Shown here piece by piece: positions 59,447-64,000 of a stretch of 64,000 bases of DNA. The position numbers and the translations under genes are program-made. The notes under the pieces were generated by a model that saw nothing but the letters and a program-made list of their open reading frames with translations, had not been told where the DNA came from and ran no database searches. The DNA is from an uncultured Nitrososphaerales archaeon. Its GTDB lineage: Archaea; Thermoproteota; Nitrososphaeria; Nitrososphaerales; Nitrososphaeraceae. Positions within the stretch are counted from its first letter, which is position 1, and each line of letters opens with the position of its first letter. Location: the NCBI GenBank assembly GCA_963709405.1, contig CAVPXM010000021.1, forward strand, positions 128,001 through 192,000, in the 5' to 3' direction.

Positions 59447-59596
59447 TTACTCTATAGACTCCTTAGATAATAAATTATTCTTCAATATTTTCGAGTGACC
59501 GGTGTGCTCTCTGTGATCAATCACGTCGGAGTAAAAGATGAAATGAGAATCACATTCTCGGCAAATCCAAATTATCTTCAAGTCGTCAGGATGCAT
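59447..59596 (-). CDS. 49-aa C2H2 zinc-finger microprotein (not in ORF track)
   Basis: MHPDDLKIIWICRECDSHFIFYSDVIDHREHTGHSKILKNNLLSKESIE; TTTAAAA ~25 bp upstream on the minus strand. Confidence 0.75.
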   Translation of the reverse strand: MHPDDLKIIWICRECDSHFIFYSDVIDHREHTGHSKILKNNLLSKESIE

Positions 59597-59857
59597 ACAC
59601 AACGACCGATAGCATGTCTTTTAAACGATAGGTAACATATCTCATACTAATTTTCTTCTCGAATTTCTCATGTATATAGACATGACCTCGTTAAGAAGAA
59701 TGGTGGGGGGATAATCGATTCGGTCTTTCTTGCATTATGCCGCTAATCACTTATAAAACACATTCCGAAATATTGTTAATCGTAGGTTTCTTTGGGGTCG
59801 AATCCAGCATTTAATTGTTTGATAACATTAAATATTAGTAATTTTTTCCAGTAAGTT

Positions 59858-60289
59858 ATGATCAACAATCGAATAGGAAATGAACGACCCAGGATCTTGG
59901 TTGTTGATGACGAGAAAGATATCCTGCGCATTATCAAACGGGATTTGGAATCAACCTTTGTCGACGAGAATAACACTTCGGAGGATAAATTTGATGTTGA
60001 GACATTTTCAAATGGTCAAGATGCATTGAAAGCAATCGAAAGTCACCCGAATAATTATTACGATCTTGTACTTACAGATATCAGAATGCCAAAAATGAAC
60101 GGGTTTGAATTGTACCGACGTATCAAGGAAAAAAATTCTACTCTAAAGATTGCCTTTATAACAGCATTTGAAATTAACCAGGAAGAATTCAGTAAGGTGT
60201 TACCATCTATAGATGTCCAGGATTTTATTATAAAGCCCATTGGAATGTCGAACTTGAGAACAAAATTAAAATCAATGATTCAGAAGTAA
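59858..60289 (+). CDS. Stand-alone response regulator receiver
   Basis: ILVVDDE, DLVLTDIRMPKMNG, FITA, KP; no output domain. Confidence 0.95.
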   Translation: MINNRIGNERPRILVVDDEKDILRIIKRDLESTFVDENNTSEDKFDVETFSNGQDALKAIESHPNNYYDLVLTDIRMPKMNGFELYRRIKEKNSTLKIAFITAFEINQEEFSKVLPSIDVQDFIIKPIGMSNLRTKLKSMIQK

Positions 60290-60466
60290 TCATAAAAAGC
60301 CGAGAACAGTCATTTTTATTGAAAGGCGAATTGATATGCATATTCTCCTTATATATTATTTCTAGAAGATTGCTGTATGTGTTTTTTCAGGAAGTTGTTC
60401 TCGTGAAAACCTCTATTAAATATCTACCTACTCTTTAAATTCGAAGTTTTTTCAATAACTTCCTCT

Positions 60467-60619
60467 ATGAATGATAATGACCTTAACAGCCTCTGGATCT
60501 GTAATATATGCAAATTTGACTTTATCTTCAAATCTGATGTGGAATCTCATATAGCAGATACTGGACACGATTTAATTCAGAAATATGATTTGTTGTCGAC
60601 GCCTCTAATTGATTACTAA
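60467..60619 (+). CDS. 50-aa C2H2 zinc-finger microprotein (not in ORF track), paralog of 59447..59596
   Basis: MNDNDLNSLWICNICKFDFIFKSDVESHIADTGHDLIQKYDLLSTPLIDY; TTTAAA at 60434-60439. Confidence 0.75.
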   Translation: MNDNDLNSLWICNICKFDFIFKSDVESHIADTGHDLIQKYDLLSTPLIDY

Positions 60620-60834
60620 TATTCCTCATGTATTCTGCGTGCGGACGCACCTATAATTGGCTACTTGCAGTGCTGTCGTTAATGTGAGTACTTTCGCTTG
60701 AATCTTCACCAGGAGACGAGGAATAAAGATCCTGGACAATTGCCTTAATACATGACCTCTTACTAATTGTCGGAACCATCGAGAGAGAACTTTTATACTC
60801 CACTCAGGTAGAGGACTGAATACGATCTAGAGGG

Positions 60835-61287
60835 CTACAAATCGTGTCTCATTGATATTCCATACTTTCTAAAGCCACATTTTTCGTAAAACCTGACAAT
60901 ATTTTCTAAGCAGTCTAAAATCACTTTATAGCAGCCACTGGAACTTGCAAATTCCCGTGCCTTGCACACCAAAGCTCCGCCAATACCGCTACCTTCATAA
61001 CCCTTACGTGTAACAACATCTTCAATATGCGCTACCTTTCCTCCCGAATGAATAAACTTGTCTTCGATTAGTACTGTGATCGAACCTATTACGTTTCCAT
61101 TGTTTAAGGCTGCCACGAATATCTTGTGTTGTGGATTTGATTTAATTTTATTAAATAATTGTAATGCTTTCAGATTATCAATGTCAGACACATTCGACAA
61201 GTTTGACAAGGTCTCGAAAAAGCCATTATCCAGATCAATCTTCTCCAATTCTCGCACAAGAAAATCATGGCTCATTAAGTTTGACAT
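60835..61287 (-). CDS. GNAT acetyltransferase, glucosamine-6-phosphate N-acetyltransferase (GNA1)-like
   Basis: EDKFIHSGGKVAHIEDVV, GCYKVILDC, FYEKCGF. Confidence 0.88.
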   Translation of the reverse strand: MSNLMSHDFLVRELEKIDLDNGFFETLSNLSNVSDIDNLKALQLFNKIKSNPQHKIFVAALNNGNVIGSITVLIEDKFIHSGGKVAHIEDVVTRKGYEGSGIGGALVCKAREFASSSGCYKVILDCLENIVRFYEKCGFRKYGISMRHDL

Positions 61288-61317
61288 CTTTTAAGGACTT
61301 TTTGTCGCTGTATTAAT

Positions 61318-62391
61318 CTATGCTTTTTGATTGAGATATATCCTTTCCATCTCCTTCATCCAATTTGTCTTATTCAAAAAAATTCTCTTTTGTTTGCGCG
61401 GTTTACATTCAGAAATTGCATAAGCGCATAATAAGGGAAAATAAACAGATGCATCACCATACACAATTATATTACCACTATGTGAAGTTTTGATTTTCCC
61501 CCAGCTCTTTCCTTCCTGTAGTGTCGCCCCTGACAGTCCACCGGTATCCGGCCTCGCGTCTGTCAGTTGAATAATGTAATCATGCCCACCTTCCTTTATC
61601 TTCAGTATTTGATACAGTGCAGGACCAGTTTGCTGGAAAAAATTCTTTGGAACTCCGCCGCCTAATTCTAGTGCTCCAGATTTTGAAGATTTCCAAAGAA
61701 TAGCAGCCGATTCTGCCACATCATTTATTACGTTAAACATAATAGGCTGTTTCTCAAATAACAGCGGCAACATGTTCAGTCCTATAGAAGAATCACTAAT
61801 CGCTGGGATATATATCGGAATATCCTGTTCAGATGCTGCAACTACGAATGATTTCTCAGGAAATCGTGAGCGTTTCTTAGCAGCTTTTCCAAGAGCATAA
61901 GATAGATCCGCCGTAGATTTACTGTTAGACATATCGGGTATACTTTTTCTTAAATCGTTTTGTACAATGATATCCTGAGCTTGAAGTGTTCCGGTTTCCT
62001 TAATATAAGTGTCGTATATCCTCACAATCTGCTTCGAGTAAAGGACATCATCGTCCACATTAAAATGCCCTTGACGTACAGGCAGGCCATATGCGAAGTG
62101 TAAATCATGGTAGACATTCGCGCCAGTTGATACGATCCAGTCAATAAAGCCATTTTCAATCATTAACTTAATGGCCATTCCTATACCCACTGGTGTCATT
62201 GCCCCCGACAGCGTTAGACAGATTGTGGCGTTGCTTTCAACCATGTGTTTAAACAACTTGGCTGCTTCAGCAAGTCTGCGTGCATTATATCCAGTAGAGC
62301 CAAAAAATTCTATCATTTGGGATACAGTCATATCTTTATTAATAATTGGAGGATCTATTTTCTTCCCTCTAAACGAATGATATTTATCCAT
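61318..62391 (-). CDS. Deoxyhypusine synthase-like protein, probable homospermidine-biosynthesis (SpeY-like) paralog
   Basis: LSGAMTPVG, STGANVYHD, GGGVPKNF, DARPDTGGLSGATLQEGKSWGK. Confidence 0.8.
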   Translation of the reverse strand: MDKYHSFRGKKIDPPIINKDMTVSQMIEFFGSTGYNARRLAEAAKLFKHMVESNATICLTLSGAMTPVGIGMAIKLMIENGFIDWIVSTGANVYHDLHFAYGLPVRQGHFNVDDDVLYSKQIVRIYDTYIKETGTLQAQDIIVQNDLRKSIPDMSNSKSTADLSYALGKAAKKRSRFPEKSFVVAASEQDIPIYIPAISDSSIGLNMLPLLFEKQPIMFNVINDVAESAAILWKSSKSGALELGGGVPKNFFQQTGPALYQILKIKEGGHDYIIQLTDARPDTGGLSGATLQEGKSWGKIKTSHSGNIIVYGDASVYFPLLCAYAISECKPRKQKRIFLNKTNWMKEMERIYLNQKA

Positions 62392-62940
62392 CGTGAATCA
62401 TAACTGGGAGATGCTTTTAAAAATTATACTGTTCGACACAAGTCTAACCAAACTATTCAGTAGATGTTTCGAGAATGCGTCTAACTGCGAACTTTGGTAC
62501 ATTCCAAACGTTTTATAGATAGACTCGACGCCAAACTGATCCTTATTGGGGTAAAGTATCTTGGAGCTAAAGAGGTCACCCTAGTATCTGAATCTTCTCA
62601 CATGAAAATGACAATTCTTAAGTCGGTTCTTGGGATATATGTTCTCGAGCTCATCACCATATGAAGTGAAGGTACAAAATTCATTCAACTGAATTTAATC
62701 TAAGAAAATTTCGAGTTTTAATCTACGTTACAGTTTGAGGACAAGTTAGTGTTTTAACGTTTTCGTAATGAACATTAATCTAGTGAAGCATATTACATAG
62801 CACTAATACACGTCACTCGCATGGCAGCATCTTGATATTTACAGTTTTCGAGGGTATTGCCAAGATATCATAGAGTCCATAGGCTAGAGCTCATCAAATA
62901 TTAAGAACAGATTTTATTCCACCCTTATTCTAAAGTCAAT

Positions 62941-63951
62941 ATGATCGTCCCACATAGGAAGAGAAATAGAACGAGGAATAGAAAGTATGTCAGGAAGCAG
63001 TCCTTTTTGGTTGACAGTATAACTGATTACTCGATAAAATTAGATGATATGGATTCTCTTATTAGCTCGATGTCGCAGTCCGGAGGATTTGAATCAAGAA
63101 ATCTTGCAAATGGTGTTAACATACTTTGGTCAATGCAAAACGACAGCAAATGTACCAGATTCCTTTCGTTTGTGGGTTCAATTATCTCGACAGGGGTTAG
63201 GGGAATAATACGCGACATGTTAAAGAACAAAATGTTTGATTGTGTCATTACTACCTGTGGTGCACTTGACCACGATATCGCAAGGGCAAATGACGCGTAC
63301 TACGCTGGTGAGTTCGGAATTGATGACAACATCCTTCTGAACAATAAAATTCATCGTCTAGGTAACGTGCTAATTCCCAATGAAAACTATGGGCCGTTAA
63401 TTGAGAAAAAAGTCCAGCAATGCTTATTGGGTTTATATAATAAAAGTAATGTAAAAGAATTTTCAAGCTCTGAAATTACCAAACATATTGGGAGGAAAAT
63501 GAACGAAAGTTCATTTTTGTACTGGGCGAGCAGAAATGATATTCCTGTCATAGTTCCAGGAATACTTGATGGCGCAGTTGGAAGCCAGATATGGCTATTT
63601 TATCAAAATCATCGGGACTTCAAATTGAATCTTTTGGCTGATCAATCGAGATTATCTGACATAATATATGATGCCAAAAAAACAGGTGCGTTTATGATCG
63701 GCGGTGGAATTTCGAAACATCATACACTATGGTGGAATCAGTTCAGAGGCGGCCTAGATTACGCGTTGTATATTACTACGGCTAATGAGTGGGATGGAAG
63801 TCTGAGCGGTGCACTAGTTACCGAGGCTATATCTTGGGGAAAAGTTAAAGCGAAGGCGAAGCAAGTCACTATCCATGGTGAAGCAACAATCCTATTACCA
63901 TTCATATATCGGGCTCTGCTGGGCAGGAAAGACATGAATTCATATAGTTGA
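62941..63951 (+). CDS. dys: Deoxyhypusine synthase
   Basis: IISTGVRG, HRLGNVLIP, GGGISKHH, WDGSLSGA..EAISWGK. Confidence 0.92.
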   Translation: MIVPHRKRNRTRNRKYVRKQSFLVDSITDYSIKLDDMDSLISSMSQSGGFESRNLANGVNILWSMQNDSKCTRFLSFVGSIISTGVRGIIRDMLKNKMFDCVITTCGALDHDIARANDAYYAGEFGIDDNILLNNKIHRLGNVLIPNENYGPLIEKKVQQCLLGLYNKSNVKEFSSSEITKHIGRKMNESSFLYWASRNDIPVIVPGILDGAVGSQIWLFYQNHRDFKLNLLADQSRLSDIIYDAKKTGAFMIGGGISKHHTLWWNQFRGGLDYALYITTANEWDGSLSGALVTEAISWGKVKAKAKQVTIHGEATILLPFIYRALLGRKDMNSYS

Positions 63952-64000
63952 CTTGACCTGTTGCCAAATCTAACTACGTTTAGATGAATAATCATGCTTT

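Overview
Low-GC archaeal chromosomal segment, most consistent with a soil-type ammonia-oxidising archaeon (Nitrososphaerales). The evidence is an ADP-forming 3-hydroxypropionyl-CoA synthetase of the thaumarchaeal HP/HB cycle, aIF-2beta, archaeal PheRS/TrpRS/DnaG, CTP-dependent riboflavin kinase, deoxyhypusine synthase, grpE-dnaK-dnaJ, preQ0 genes (queC/D/E) and two-component genes. The first ~29 kb is accessory-rich (small proteins, pseudogenes, one IS5-type and one IS481-type element, a 420-bp microsatellite); the rest is mostly core. Single-base frameshifts in essential genes (purB, dnaK, trpS, dnaG) point to indel errors in the assembly, so other frameshifts are weak evidence of pseudogenes. 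Most notable observations: (1) a YcaO-TfuA thioamidation pair divergent from an unannotated 58-aa NHLP-leader-like ORF; (2) a TetR-linked membrane protein with two AmoC/PmoC-type DxxxH-x12-H motifs; (3) a tandem dnaJ pair with one internally deleted copy and a gene-conversion-like identity pattern; (4) two unannotated paralogous C2H2 zinc-finger microproteins flanking a stand-alone response regulator; (5) a membrane-anchored HNH protein; (6) a 10-bp-phased operator-like array ahead of an RHH-queE operon. No rRNA, tRNA or CRISPR array was recognised. All calls come from reading motifs by eye; no searches were run.
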